Assembly: GCA_001767955.1 (NCBI GenBank)
Contig: MEMO01000023.1
Span: 1 to 50,292 of the forward strand
Direction: 5' to 3'
Length of the DNA: 50,292 nucleotides
Source: Alphaproteobacteria bacterium RIFCSPLOWO2_01_FULL_40_26
GTDB taxonomy: Bacteria; Pseudomonadota; Alphaproteobacteria; Rickettsiales; UBA1997
The notes beneath the pieces were generated by a model. It made no database searches, was not told the origin of the DNA, and saw nothing but the letters and a program-made list of their open reading frames with translations. How positions within the stretch are numbered: position 1 is the stretch's first letter; every line of letters starts with the position of its first letter. Below, piece by piece: positions 1-8,890 of the stretch. The translations under genes and the position numbers were made by a program.

Positions 1-112
1 CTTTGACGAGATGGACCCCGCAACAAGTGCGGGGTGACAGTGTGGTGAGATTTGTGATTTAGCTTAGAGTCTGTAAATTTGAATCTGGGTTTCTTAAGCG
101 TTATTGGGGTTA
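1..112. mobile_element. Right part of family-D MITE: REP/RPE-like hairpin (ACCCCGC-AACAAGT-GCGGGGT, followed by GACA) plus terminal repeat ...CGTTATTGGGGTTA; runs off window start
   Basis: 40-112 matches 17147-17219 with one mismatch; the hairpin at 12-39 is the reverse complement of the truncated hairpin at ~17131-17148. Confidence 0.8.
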
Positions 113-113
113 T

Positions 114-2387
114 TTAAATTTTAATTGTTTTTAAGCGTAAAGAATTAGCGATTACTGAAACTGAGCTGAGCGACATTGCCGCCGCAGCGAAGATCGGACT
201 CAAATGAAACCCAAATAAACCAGCAGCTAAAGGAATGCCAAGTGCGTTGTAACCAAAAGCAAAAAACAGATTTTCTTTGATGTTACGCATAGTCTTTTTT
301 GAAAGCTTATGAGCTTTGACCAACTTGGCTAAATCACCTTGAAGTAAAACAATTCCAGCGCTTTCAATTGCCACATCAGTTCCATTGGCAACTGCAATTC
401 CAATATCAGCCATTGCCAAAGCTGGAGCATCATTAATGCCATCTCCGACCATTGCCACGATACTTCTTTTTGATTTGAATTCGGAAATAATTTTGCTTTT
501 ATCCTCCGGCAAAACTTCGGCAAAGATTTCGCTGATTCCCAATTTTTTTGCTACTTTCTCAGCGGTTTTTTTGTTATCGCCGGTGAGCATCACTATTCTC
601 AGGCCAAGATTCTGGAGTGTTTTAACCGCATCAAAACTTGATGGCTTAATGGCATCTTCAATTGCAAAAATGGCAGATAATTTTTGATCAACTGCCATAA
701 AAATCACTGTTGCGCCTTCTGCTTTTAACTCATCAGCTTGTGGTTTTAATTCTTCGCAACTCACTTTATGGGACTGTCGCAAATCCCCATTTCTTACCAT
801 TTTTAAACTCGACAAGCCATTGTAAATCAAGGGTTCAGATTTTTCAGAAAGTTGATTTGCGACGGGGCCTTTATTTTCTTCTAAAAATCTGGAATTGCCG
901 ATTAGGATTTTTTTATTTTCAACTTCACCACTGACACCTTTACCAATCGGAGTAATAAAATTTCTCACTTCTTGTAGGTTTATTTGACGCTCTTTAGCAG
1001 CATTTGTAATTGCTTTGGCCAGTGGATGTTCGCTTTGATTTTCTATACTTGCGGCAAGCGTTAAAACTTCTGTTTCAGAAAAGTTTTTAGCTGGAATTAT
1101 TTTAGTTAGATGCGGTTTTCCTTCTGTGAGCGTTCCAGTTTTATCAACCACGATCACATCAACTTTTTCCATACGCTCAAGGCTCTCAGCATTCTTTATC
1201 AGCACTCCATTTGATGCGCCCTTACCAAGTGCAACGATGATCGACATTGGCGTTGCAAGCCCAAGCGCACAAGGACAAGCGATAATCAGAACCGCAACCG
1301 CAGAAATTAATCCACGAATTGAATCACCAAAGAAAACCGTCCAGACAAAAAATGTCAGAATAGAAATTCCGATAACAAGCGGCACAAACCATGACGAAAT
1401 CTGATCAGCTAATTTTTGAATTTTGGTTTGACTACGTTTGGCTTCAGAAACCATTTTGATGATTTTACTTAGCATCGAATCTTCACCCATTTGCAAAACC
1501 TTCATCACGAAAGAACCATCTTGATTGATGGTTGCGCCAATAATCTTATCACCGATCTGCTTTTTTACTGGCATTGATTCACCGGTAATCATTGATTCAT
1601 CAATATTGCTGACACCTTCCACAATCTCACCATCAGCAGGAATTTTTTCACCAGGACGGACGTGCAATAGATCGCCAACCTGAATTTGCTCAATGTCAAT
1701 TTCTTCTTCACCATTTTTTGTGAGGCGGTGAGCAATTGTCGGAGTAAGTTTTATTAAAGCCTGAATCGCATTAGAAGTATTTTTGCGCGCCTTAATTTCG
1801 AGAATCTGACCAAGTAAAACCAAAACAATAATCACCGATGACGCTTCAAAATAAACAGCAATGATGCCTTCATGAGTAAAAAATTCTTGCGGAAAGGTAG
1901 TTGGAAATAAAACTGCAACAAAGCTGTAGACCCATGCTACACCTGTTCCAAGCGCAATTAAAGTGAACATGTTTGATGAACGATTCTTTAAAGAATCAGC
2001 AGCTTTTTTAAAGAAAGGAAAGCCACTCCAGAACACAACGAAACTCGATAAGACCAATTGAATCATCTGCGAAGTTTTGGCGGATAAAATTGTGCTGAAG
2101 TCAAAAAAATGCCCACCCATTTCCATGGCAAAAATCGGCAATGTTAGAATTAATGCGACCAAAAACCTCTTTTTAAAATCAGATAATTCTTCATCAAAAC
2201 CATCATCACTTGCCGTAACTTCAGCTTCCAAAGCCATGCCACATATCGGGCAATTTCCCGGCTTATCTTGCCTGATTTGCGGGTGCATCGGGCAAGTGTA
2301 AATCGCGTTCAGTTGTTTTGTATCTTGCAGCACAACGGGGGCGTTGGTGTGGCAACAATCTTTATGATGAGCGTGATTTTCGTGCAT
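114..2387 (-). CDS. copA: Cu(I)-translocating P1B-type ATPase, carrying a 35-aa MITE-derived insert
   Basis: YTCPMHP...CPICGM metal-binding domain, TGES, CPCALGLA, DKTGT, SEHPL, GDGINDAP, YN and MSLSS motifs; start set at MHENHAHH (2387). Confidence 0.95.
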   Translation of the reverse strand: MHENHAHHKDCCHTNAPVVLQDTKQLNAIYTCPMHPQIRQDKPGNCPICGMALEAEVTASDDGFDEELSDFKKRFLVALILTLPIFAMEMGGHFFDFSTILSAKTSQMIQLVLSSFVVFWSGFPFFKKAADSLKNRSSNMFTLIALGTGVAWVYSFVAVLFPTTFPQEFFTHEGIIAVYFEASSVIIVLVLLGQILEIKARKNTSNAIQALIKLTPTIAHRLTKNGEEEIDIEQIQVGDLLHVRPGEKIPADGEIVEGVSNIDESMITGESMPVKKQIGDKIIGATINQDGSFVMKVLQMGEDSMLSKIIKMVSEAKRSQTKIQKLADQISSWFVPLVIGISILTFFVWTVFFGDSIRGLISAVAVLIIACPCALGLATPMSIIVALGKGASNGVLIKNAESLERMEKVDVIVVDKTGTLTEGKPHLTKIIPAKNFSETEVLTLAASIENQSEHPLAKAITNAAKERQINLQEVRNFITPIGKGVSGEVENKKILIGNSRFLEENKGPVANQLSEKSEPLIYNGLSSLKMVRNGDLRQSHKVSCEELKPQADELKAEGATVIFMAVDQKLSAIFAIEDAIKPSSFDAVKTLQNLGLRIVMLTGDNKKTAEKVAKKLGISEIFAEVLPEDKSKIISEFKSKRSIVAMVGDGINDAPALAMADIGIAVANGTDVAIESAGIVLLQGDLAKLVKAHKLSKKTMRNIKENLFFAFGYNALGIPLAAGLFGFHLSPIFAAAAMSLSSVSVIANSLRLKTIKI
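770..869 (+). mobile_element. Family-A ~100-bp MITE, copy 1, in-frame within copA
   Basis: GGGACTGTCGCAAATC...GATTTGCGACGGGGCC flanked by TTTAT/TTTAT duplication (765-769, 870-874). Confidence 0.95.
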
Positions 2388-2667
2388 ATCAATATTATGA
2401 GTGATTCGGTTTGCAATAGATGTTGGCGGGGCGAATGACCCCAATTGCGAACTTTTCTCCGTTTTTGCGAAGCTAGTATTTTCAAGGGTTTGAAGACTAT
2501 TTCAAATGTACCAAAAAGTTCGCAGTATAAATCTTGATAGGCAATATACCCTTTTGCGAACCTTTAGTATTAGTATCTCCAATGCGGTCTAAAACCTTGC
2601 TACTATTGGTCATTTTAGATATACCTAATTTTCGAAGAAATTTCGAAAATTATAGCGTTTTCGAAAT

Positions 2668-2985
2668 TTACCTAATTTTTCTATAACACTCACTTCCGCC
2701 TTCTTCGGTACAACAGACATAAGACCATCCAGAATTATTTCCCAATTCTTTCGATGCAGCATAATCATATGCAATACTTCCGCACGAGGCTGCGCCTTTT
2801 GTTCTGCCTAAATTATAATCTTTGTCACCATCGGGAAATCGAAACCAAACATTTACATACACATCTTCATAACGTGACAATGGCAATTCGTCCGGTGGAC
2901 CAAAAACTTTTGCTGTTCCAAGACCGCCTCCGGTACACTTATAGAGAATAAAGACCGAGATTATTATTAAGATAATTTTGCCCAT
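2668..2985 (-). CDS. Small membrane-anchored or secreted Cys-containing hypothetical protein
   Basis: 105-aa ORF; hydrophobic N-terminus followed by C; several C-terminal cysteines; same strand and 31 bp downstream of abiEii. Confidence 0.6.
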   Translation of the reverse strand: MGKIILIIISVFILYKCTGGGLGTAKVFGPPDELPLSRYEDVYVNVWFRFPDGDKDYNLGRTKGAASCGSIAYDYAASKELGNNSGWSYVCCTEEGGSECYRKIR

Positions 2986-3016
2986 ATGATTTATAAAAAT
3001 GTTATTTCTTCAGATT

Positions 3017-4282
3017 TTATTTTCTTGTTCTACCTAAGTAATTTCTAGATGAGAAAACCACGGGTCGGCTACTAATCTTCGGTGCATTAATACCGCCATC
3101 TTCAACAATTTCTATTTCATACTTAGGCATAAAGACATTGCTTGTAACTGTGGCGCCAATCATACGGTCAATACGAAATGCTTTTGGCTTACCTTCATGA
3201 ATTGCGTAGAGTAGAATTTTATTTTCAGAAGTAGTCCTGAATGAGTATGGTTCTAGGATGTATTGCTTATGTTCTCTTTTTTCATTTTGGTAATCGAGAT
3301 TAATACACAAATGACTCGCAGCAGCAAATCTGATATTCTGCACAACTTTTAATCTACTTTCAAAAATAGAATTTCTACTTCCTTCATCTTTGCCAATTCT
3401 CAAAACTGGTAATGGTTTTTTATTTAAATGACCGGCAAGCCAATTAAAAAATATTGGTAATTCGTTCCAATAGCTTTCAAACGGGGGTAATATTTGTAGC
3501 TGATGTTTAAGTTGGCTATCCCATTGAACCCTGAATTCTTCTTGCTTCGGATCAAGTGTTTCCATGCTTGGAACGGCGATGCCTTTAAAACCGCATTTTT
3601 CTTTGATGGAAGTATTTAATTTTTCTAAATCAACTTCGATGCCGTGACGGTACATGTTGACCACATCGTAAAGATCCCTTGCACCAGGCCGTTTTCTTTC
3701 ATCTAAAGCTCGAGTTTTTTCTGCAAAAAGATCAATGTAGTGATAACAAAGAGCGGAAAATAATTTTTTATCTTTGTCAGAATAGATGTGATCTATCTGC
3801 ATCCTGACTGGCTCTAAAACAACTTTTTCATCAATAGTTAAATCTAATTTAATTGTAGGAGCGGAGCCACCTTGGCCAACAGTCATTGGACCGCGGTAAT
3901 AAATATTTCCCTTACAAGAATCGTTGTCTCTTAAGTTTTTATAAATCTCGATTTTGATTGGTGAGAATTTGCCATCGGCTGCAACATCAATGCCAGAGTT
4001 GTTATAAACCCACTGCGCAATTTCAGAAAAAGTTTTTTTGAGGAACTCTTCATTTAGATGGGCTGGATCAAGCAATGTGAAATCAAGATCTTCGGAAAAT
4101 CTATAAGTTTCAAAAAAGCATTTCTTCAAACACGTTCCGCCTTTGAACAGCCATTTATCTTTTAAGTCTTTGTGGCTAGAAATGCCTGCCAGTAGCCATC
4201 CCAGAACATAATCTTTTTCAATTACTTTCGGTTCCAGAGATAATTCTCCGGCTTTTTCTAAGATCTCTCTTTTATCAATCAT
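3017..4282 (-). CDS. abiEii: AbiEii/AbiGii-family nucleotidyltransferase toxin with C-terminal WYL-like domain
   Basis: IEKDY, FKGGTCLKK, YRFSEDLDF, EK..AL..R..ARDLYD motifs; C-terminal IRFAA..LDY..LEPYS..LLYA..FRIDRM..FMP. Confidence 0.9.
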   Translation of the reverse strand: MIDKREILEKAGELSLEPKVIEKDYVLGWLLAGISSHKDLKDKWLFKGGTCLKKCFFETYRFSEDLDFTLLDPAHLNEEFLKKTFSEIAQWVYNNSGIDVAADGKFSPIKIEIYKNLRDNDSCKGNIYYRGPMTVGQGGSAPTIKLDLTIDEKVVLEPVRMQIDHIYSDKDKKLFSALCYHYIDLFAEKTRALDERKRPGARDLYDVVNMYRHGIEVDLEKLNTSIKEKCGFKGIAVPSMETLDPKQEEFRVQWDSQLKHQLQILPPFESYWNELPIFFNWLAGHLNKKPLPVLRIGKDEGSRNSIFESRLKVVQNIRFAAASHLCINLDYQNEKREHKQYILEPYSFRTTSENKILLYAIHEGKPKAFRIDRMIGATVTSNVFMPKYEIEIVEDGGINAPKISSRPVVFSSRNYLGRTRK

Positions 4283-5084
4283 GGTGGTGACTCCAATTTT
4301 GTGGTATTAGTAATTTCCATTTTGTGGAAATTTTTAAATCTTTATATTCGTTATCTAACTTTGAATTTCCTTTCGAAATATTTTTCTCGCAGACCTTAAC
4401 GATGCTTGAATATTTTTCTGCATTGAAACCTTCCAACAAAAATCCAAGACGTTTGAAAGCTGTTTTGTTGCCAAGTTTTTTTAGGTAAGAGAGCAGTAGC
4501 TCCTGATTAAAATGTTCTGATTCTAAATAGCTGAGCAAGCATTTTTCTGCATGAGAAATTCCGCCACCAAGATTCGGATCATTAAGTATATCAGCGATTG
4601 TTCGATGTGGATCTGAAATGTTAATTTTTACCGATCCTCTCCACAAAACTTTTAATCCAAAAAAATTTTCTTCTTTGGTTTTCTTTAAGGAAAAAGTTTG
4701 GCTCTGAATTATTTCATTTCGATTTTTGATCGGCTTGCTAGTCAAAATACAAATCGAACTAAAAATTTGCTCAGTAAATCCCCAATGTTCAGCAGCAGAC
4801 CATCCGCCAACATAAGCTGGTGAAAAGAGAGTCGGAACAACAACCCAAACATCTTCTAAAACTTGCTCACTTGAAACCGTGTCCATCGGAATCGGAGCAT
4901 AAAATCCGCGCTTAATTCTTTTTAACCATCCTTGCTCAGCCCACTCAGCTAATTGTCTTGCAGCCGCATTTCTTCCCATTTTTAAAACTGAAGCACAGTG
5001 CTCTACGGAAAATACTGGACCAGAGCTTCGAAGTAATTGAGCTATTTTTTCTCTACTCTCTGAACTTCTTACTTTGCTTATCAT
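4275..5084 (-). CDS. abiEi: AbiEi-family type IV antitoxin / transcriptional regulator
   Basis: wHTH with LKRIKRGFY, YVGGWSAAEHWGFTEQ, SDPHRTIAD; 8-bp overlap with the toxin start. Confidence 0.88.
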   Translation of the reverse strand: MISKVRSSESREKIAQLLRSSGPVFSVEHCASVLKMGRNAAARQLAEWAEQGWLKRIKRGFYAPIPMDTVSSEQVLEDVWVVVPTLFSPAYVGGWSAAEHWGFTEQIFSSICILTSKPIKNRNEIIQSQTFSLKKTKEENFFGLKVLWRGSVKINISDPHRTIADILNDPNLGGGISHAEKCLLSYLESEHFNQELLLSYLKKLGNKTAFKRLGFLLEGFNAEKYSSIVKVCEKNISKGNSKLDNEYKDLKISTKWKLLIPQNWSHHHD

Positions 5085-5090
5085 AAAAAC

Positions 5091-5145
5091 TATATTAAAA
5101 ATGCTTTAATTAGGTTAAAAGCATAAATTGAGCACTTTTAATATA
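5091..5145. promoter_or_regulatory. Probable AbiEi operator (long imperfect inverted repeat)
   Basis: TATATTAAAAATGCTTTAATT ... AATTGAGCACTTTTAATATA immediately upstream of abiEi; AbiEi proteins autorepress through long promoter inverted repeats. Confidence 0.65.
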
Positions 5146-5214
5146 AAATCAAGCTGTTATATTTAGTAAATCAATTTGATTTTGAGAAATTACTAAACTG
5201 ATTACTTTTTAATT

Positions 5215-6078
5215 ATGACGAGATTTTCACAAATATACCTAGAGCGCGGCAAGCCCAGCAATGATGGCGTCAGAATGCGCCGAAGATTGTATAAATTATT
5301 TGACGATTTATGTCCGACCAACGATCGACACATGATGAATGATATAATCCATAGAGAATTGGGGCAAGATATAGCTCAGTGTGGCACGATGAACTATTAC
5401 TACCCATTCGATGAATTTTTTGAGAATTGCGAGCTGCGCGACTTATTGGATATGCCAAGCATGATTGCAAAATATATCAAAGCTAAGGCAGTAAAGAACG
5501 GATTTGGCGGTAAGAAAGAAATAGAAAAATTACTGGTTGTCACAAACCGCATTTTTAGGGAAGAAAATGTTTTTTATCAAATAGATGATAATGGCGTTGT
5601 TCATCTTTCTCCAGATGAAGAGTTTGAGAAAAATCGTTCATCAACGCTAAAATCTCTCGAGGATCCACGCTATAAAGCAGTTCTAAATCATTTTGAACAG
5701 GCTCACAAGAGTTTGTTAAAACCTCAATATGATTATGCAATTCGAGATATTTTTTATGCCGCTGAATCTTTGGTAAAATTGATGACGGATTATGATAAAC
5801 TGAATGAGAAGTTGTGTCGTGATCTTTTAACAAAAAATGCTAATAAGGCAATTTCGAGCAATAAGCATTCTGAAAAGATGGTGGTATCAATTATGAAAGG
5901 CTATGCTGAGCAAATGGAAGGATATCATGAATTCCGCCACGCACAACCGACCGATAATAATGCATCTATCGAATTAGCCGTATTTGCCGTCAGTAATTTT
6001 TCATCATTCATAAGATTCTTGGTTGAGGTTGATCAAAAACTTATAGCAACAAGCGAAATCAGCCCACAAAAGGTCTAG
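5215..6078 (+). CDS. Hypothetical protein, AbiJ-NTD/HEPN-like abortive-infection candidate
   Basis: N-terminal RFSQ.Y; C-terminal helical region with AIRDIFYAAES and EFRHA; islet context. Confidence 0.55.
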   Translation: MTRFSQIYLERGKPSNDGVRMRRRLYKLFDDLCPTNDRHMMNDIIHRELGQDIAQCGTMNYYYPFDEFFENCELRDLLDMPSMIAKYIKAKAVKNGFGGKKEIEKLLVVTNRIFREENVFYQIDDNGVVHLSPDEEFEKNRSSTLKSLEDPRYKAVLNHFEQAHKSLLKPQYDYAIRDIFYAAESLVKLMTDYDKLNEKLCRDLLTKNANKAISSNKHSEKMVVSIMKGYAEQMEGYHEFRHAQPTDNNASIELAVFAVSNFSSFIRFLVEVDQKLIATSEISPQKV

Positions 6079-6404
6079 ATTAAAAGTTGAGACACACAAA
6101 AAATAATCTCCAAATCTCCGTTTCAAGTGAACCGGATTTTGAACAGTAGTATCAATGCTTCACAAAGATTATCTGCAAAAACATCTCCAATTTTTTCCGC
6201 TTCTCAGGAATTAAAAACAAATTCTGAGCGATTAAAAGTTCGCAAAAGTCCCCTTTGCCTGTGCGGTTTATTGCGAACTAAAAAGGTACATATGATTGAG
6301 CTATAGCTAGAGCGGTCGGAGGTCGTAACGGAGAAAAGTTCGTAGGAAAGCGATGAAAAATCAAAAGTGGTCTGAAGCCTTATTGCTGTAGGGCTGGCAA
6401 GGCG

Positions 6405-6498
6405 TGGCGGACGGAGGGGGATTCGAACCCCCGATATAGCTTTTCAACCATATATCGGTTTAGCAAACCGACGCCTTCAGCCTCTCGGCCATCCGTCC
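6405..6498 (-). tRNA. tRNA-Ser(GCT)
   Basis: GGACGGATGGCCGAG...TTGCTAA anticodon loop, long variable arm, GGTTCGAATCC, encoded CCA. Confidence 0.97.
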
Positions 6499-6588
6499 AA
6501 ACTAAATTCTTCAGCTAGTGAAGGCATCCATTTTCACACTGCTTTGCATATGTAGTCAACTCCGGCTATTTGTTGCAAAAATCATAAA

Positions 6589-6688
6589 GGGACTGTCGCA
6601 AATCCCCGTTTCTCACCATTTTTAAACTCGACGAGCCCTTGTAAATCAAGGGTTCAGATTTTTCAGAAAGTTGATTTGCGACATGGCC
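6589..6688 (+). mobile_element. Family-A MITE, copy 2, intergenic between tRNA-Ser and nrdA
   Basis: 100 bp, 2 substitutions from consensus, ATAAA/ATAAA duplication. Confidence 0.95.
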
Positions 6689-6765
6689 ATAAATCCCGAA
6701 TCCCAACTCTTAAATCAAAAAATTCCCGCTAGACAAATAATTTTTGCGAAAATAAAAAATTTTAA

Positions 6766-6814
6766 AAACAAGATATAGTAGGCAGGATCGTCATAAAACC
6801 ACTAGATATAGTCC
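6766..6814 (+). promoter_or_regulatory. Tandem NrdR boxes
   Basis: AAACAAGATATAGTAG (6766-6781) and CCACTAGATATAGTCC (6799-6814), 33 bp apart, upstream of nrdA; resemble the ACAcwAtATaTwGTg consensus. Confidence 0.75.
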
Positions 6815-6851
6815 AAAGCTGCTTTTCAATAACTTTCTTCGACTTCATTAA

Positions 6852-8723
6852 ATGGCTAAAAAAACAACGTCAAAAACATCAAAAATTTCTGCCAAAATAA
6901 TTTCTCTGAAGCTTCAATCGAAACAAAAATTTGCTGTCGATGTTGATGCAAAAAAAGATGAAAAATTGAGCAATTTTGGCAAGGCGGTTTTGAAGGATCG
7001 TTATCTGATGCCGGGAGAAAATTATCAGGATTTATTTGCTCGTGTTGCTGCTTACTACGCCGACGATTATGATCACGCCAATCGTCTTTACGGCTACATT
7101 GCCAATTTATGGTTCATGCCTGCAACTCCGATTTTAAGCAATGGTGGCACAAATCGCGGCTTACCGATTTCCTGTTTTCTTAACGAAGTTTCCGATTCTC
7201 TTGCCGGTATTGTTGGCTTGTGGAACGAGAATGTCTGGCTGGCATCAAAAGGCGGCGGTATTGGCAGCTATTGGGGCAATCTGCGCTCGATTGGCGAAAC
7301 TGTGCGTGGCAATGGCAAAACTTCCGGCATTATTCCCTTCATCAAGGTGATGGACTCACAAACTTTGGCAATATCGCAAGGTAGCTTGCGCCGCGGTTCG
7401 GCAGCAGTTTATCTACCGATTAATCATCCCGAAATTGAAGAATTTATTGATGTGAGAAGACCAACCGGTGGCGATCCAAACCGGCGCTCGCTTAATTTGC
7501 ATCACGGTGTTGTTATAACTGATGAATTTATGAGAGCGGTTGAGAAGGATGAAGAATTCGGCCTGCGCAGCCCTTTTAGCAATGAAGTGGTTGAAAATGT
7601 CAAGGCGCGCACTCTTTGGACTAAACTTTTAACCGCGCGTGTTGAAACCGGCGAGCCTTACATTCTCTTCATCGATGCTGTTAATCGCACAATTCCCGAT
7701 CATCACAAAAAGCTTGGGCTTCAGGTTAAAACTTCAAATTTGTGCAGCGAAATCACTTTGCCAACCGGCGAGGATCATCTGAAAAAAGACCGTACCGCCG
7801 TGTGTTGCCTGTCTTCATTGAATCTCGAATTTTATGATGAATGGAAAGATCACCCACAAATTCTTGAGGATGTGATGCGTTTTCTCGATAATGTGCTGCA
7901 GGATTTTATCAGCAAAGCGCCTGATTCCATGGCTAAAGCCAAATATTCGGCAATGCGTGAAAGAAGTGTCGGGCTTGGCGTCATGGGTTTTCATTCTTTT
8001 CTGCAAGGCAAAAATGTGCCGATGGAATCAGCAATGGCCAAAGTTTGGAATAAAAAGATTTTCCAGCATATCAAACATGGCGTGGATAAAGCTTCCAAAA
8101 TTTTGGCTAAAGAGCGCGGCGCTTGTCCGGATGCTGCTGAAGCTGGTGTTGAAGAAAGATTTTCCAATAAGATAGCGATTGCGCCAACTGCCTCGATTTC
8201 AATCATCGCCGGCAATTCTTCGCCCGGAATTGAGCCTTTCGCCGCTAATTCCTTCACCCAAAAAACTCTCACCGGATCTTTCAATGTGCGTAATAAAAAT
8301 CTGGTAAAATTGCTCGAATCGAAAGGTAAAAACACCGAAGATGTTTGGTCATCAATCACGATAAATGAAGGCTCGGTGCAACATCTCGATTTTCTTGATG
8401 AGCATGAAAAACTGGTTTATAAAACCGCACAGGAAATTGATCAAAGATGGATTATTGATTTAGCCGCTGAACGTCAGGAATACATTTGCCAAGCGCAAAG
8501 CCTGAATGTTTTTGTGCCCGGCAATGTTTCAAAAAAATATCTCCATGAAATTCATTTTCGTGCCTGGCAAAAAGGCCTGAAGAGTTTGTATTACTGCCGC
8601 TCCACCTCAATTCAGCGTGCTGACAAAGTTTCCAATAAAGGTGAAAAACACGAGATGGAATTTTCAAACCAGAATCAAAAAGGGGTGGAAAGGGAGTTTG
8701 AAGAGTGCTTGGCCTGTCAGTAG
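6852..8723 (+). CDS. nrdA: Class I ribonucleoside-diphosphate reductase alpha subunit (short, no ATP cone)
   Basis: PATPILSN, SCFL, SNLCSEI, APTAS, KSLYYCR, C-terminal CLAC. Confidence 0.95.
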   Translation: MAKKTTSKTSKISAKIISLKLQSKQKFAVDVDAKKDEKLSNFGKAVLKDRYLMPGENYQDLFARVAAYYADDYDHANRLYGYIANLWFMPATPILSNGGTNRGLPISCFLNEVSDSLAGIVGLWNENVWLASKGGGIGSYWGNLRSIGETVRGNGKTSGIIPFIKVMDSQTLAISQGSLRRGSAAVYLPINHPEIEEFIDVRRPTGGDPNRRSLNLHHGVVITDEFMRAVEKDEEFGLRSPFSNEVVENVKARTLWTKLLTARVETGEPYILFIDAVNRTIPDHHKKLGLQVKTSNLCSEITLPTGEDHLKKDRTAVCCLSSLNLEFYDEWKDHPQILEDVMRFLDNVLQDFISKAPDSMAKAKYSAMRERSVGLGVMGFHSFLQGKNVPMESAMAKVWNKKIFQHIKHGVDKASKILAKERGACPDAAEAGVEERFSNKIAIAPTASISIIAGNSSPGIEPFAANSFTQKTLTGSFNVRNKNLVKLLESKGKNTEDVWSSITINEGSVQHLDFLDEHEKLVYKTAQEIDQRWIIDLAAERQEYICQAQSLNVFVPGNVSKKYLHEIHFRAWQKGLKSLYYCRSTSIQRADKVSNKGEKHEMEFSNQNQKGVEREFEECLACQ

Positions 8724-8780
8724 AGATAAGCTCAATAGGTGGTTGTTATGCAATTCTGTATACAAGAAATTAATCATATC

Positions 8781-8861
8781 TGTTCACGATTATCCTGAAA
8801 TAATCGTGAACAACCAGTAAATTTTGGTTGATTTTCACGGTTATTTACCAAATAACGTGAA
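8781..8861. promoter_or_regulatory. Two related palindromes upstream of fic (candidate operators; the first may also terminate nrdA)
   Basis: TGTTCACGATTAT-N6-ATAATCGTGAACA (8781-8812) and TTCACGGTTATTT-ACC-AAATAACGTGAA (8834-8861). Confidence 0.55.
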
Positions 8862-8890
8862 TAAGATAAATCAACAAATAGCTGAAAAAC

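Larger units (their letters stand above)
2424..6404. mobile_element. Putative integrase-less defence islet at the tRNA-Ser 3' end
   Basis: Three mirrored motifs at each end (2448-2566 vs 6233-6342); TGGCGG at 2424-2429 equals the last 6 nt of the tRNA; cargo is TA/Abi-type genes. Confidence 0.65.

Noticed and set aside
2471-6395. Resemblance of the family-A central hairpin and TCGCA core to motifs at the islet ends (e.g. TTTCAAGGGTT near 2480)
   Set aside because: Matches are short and AT-rich; common origin cannot be supported by eye
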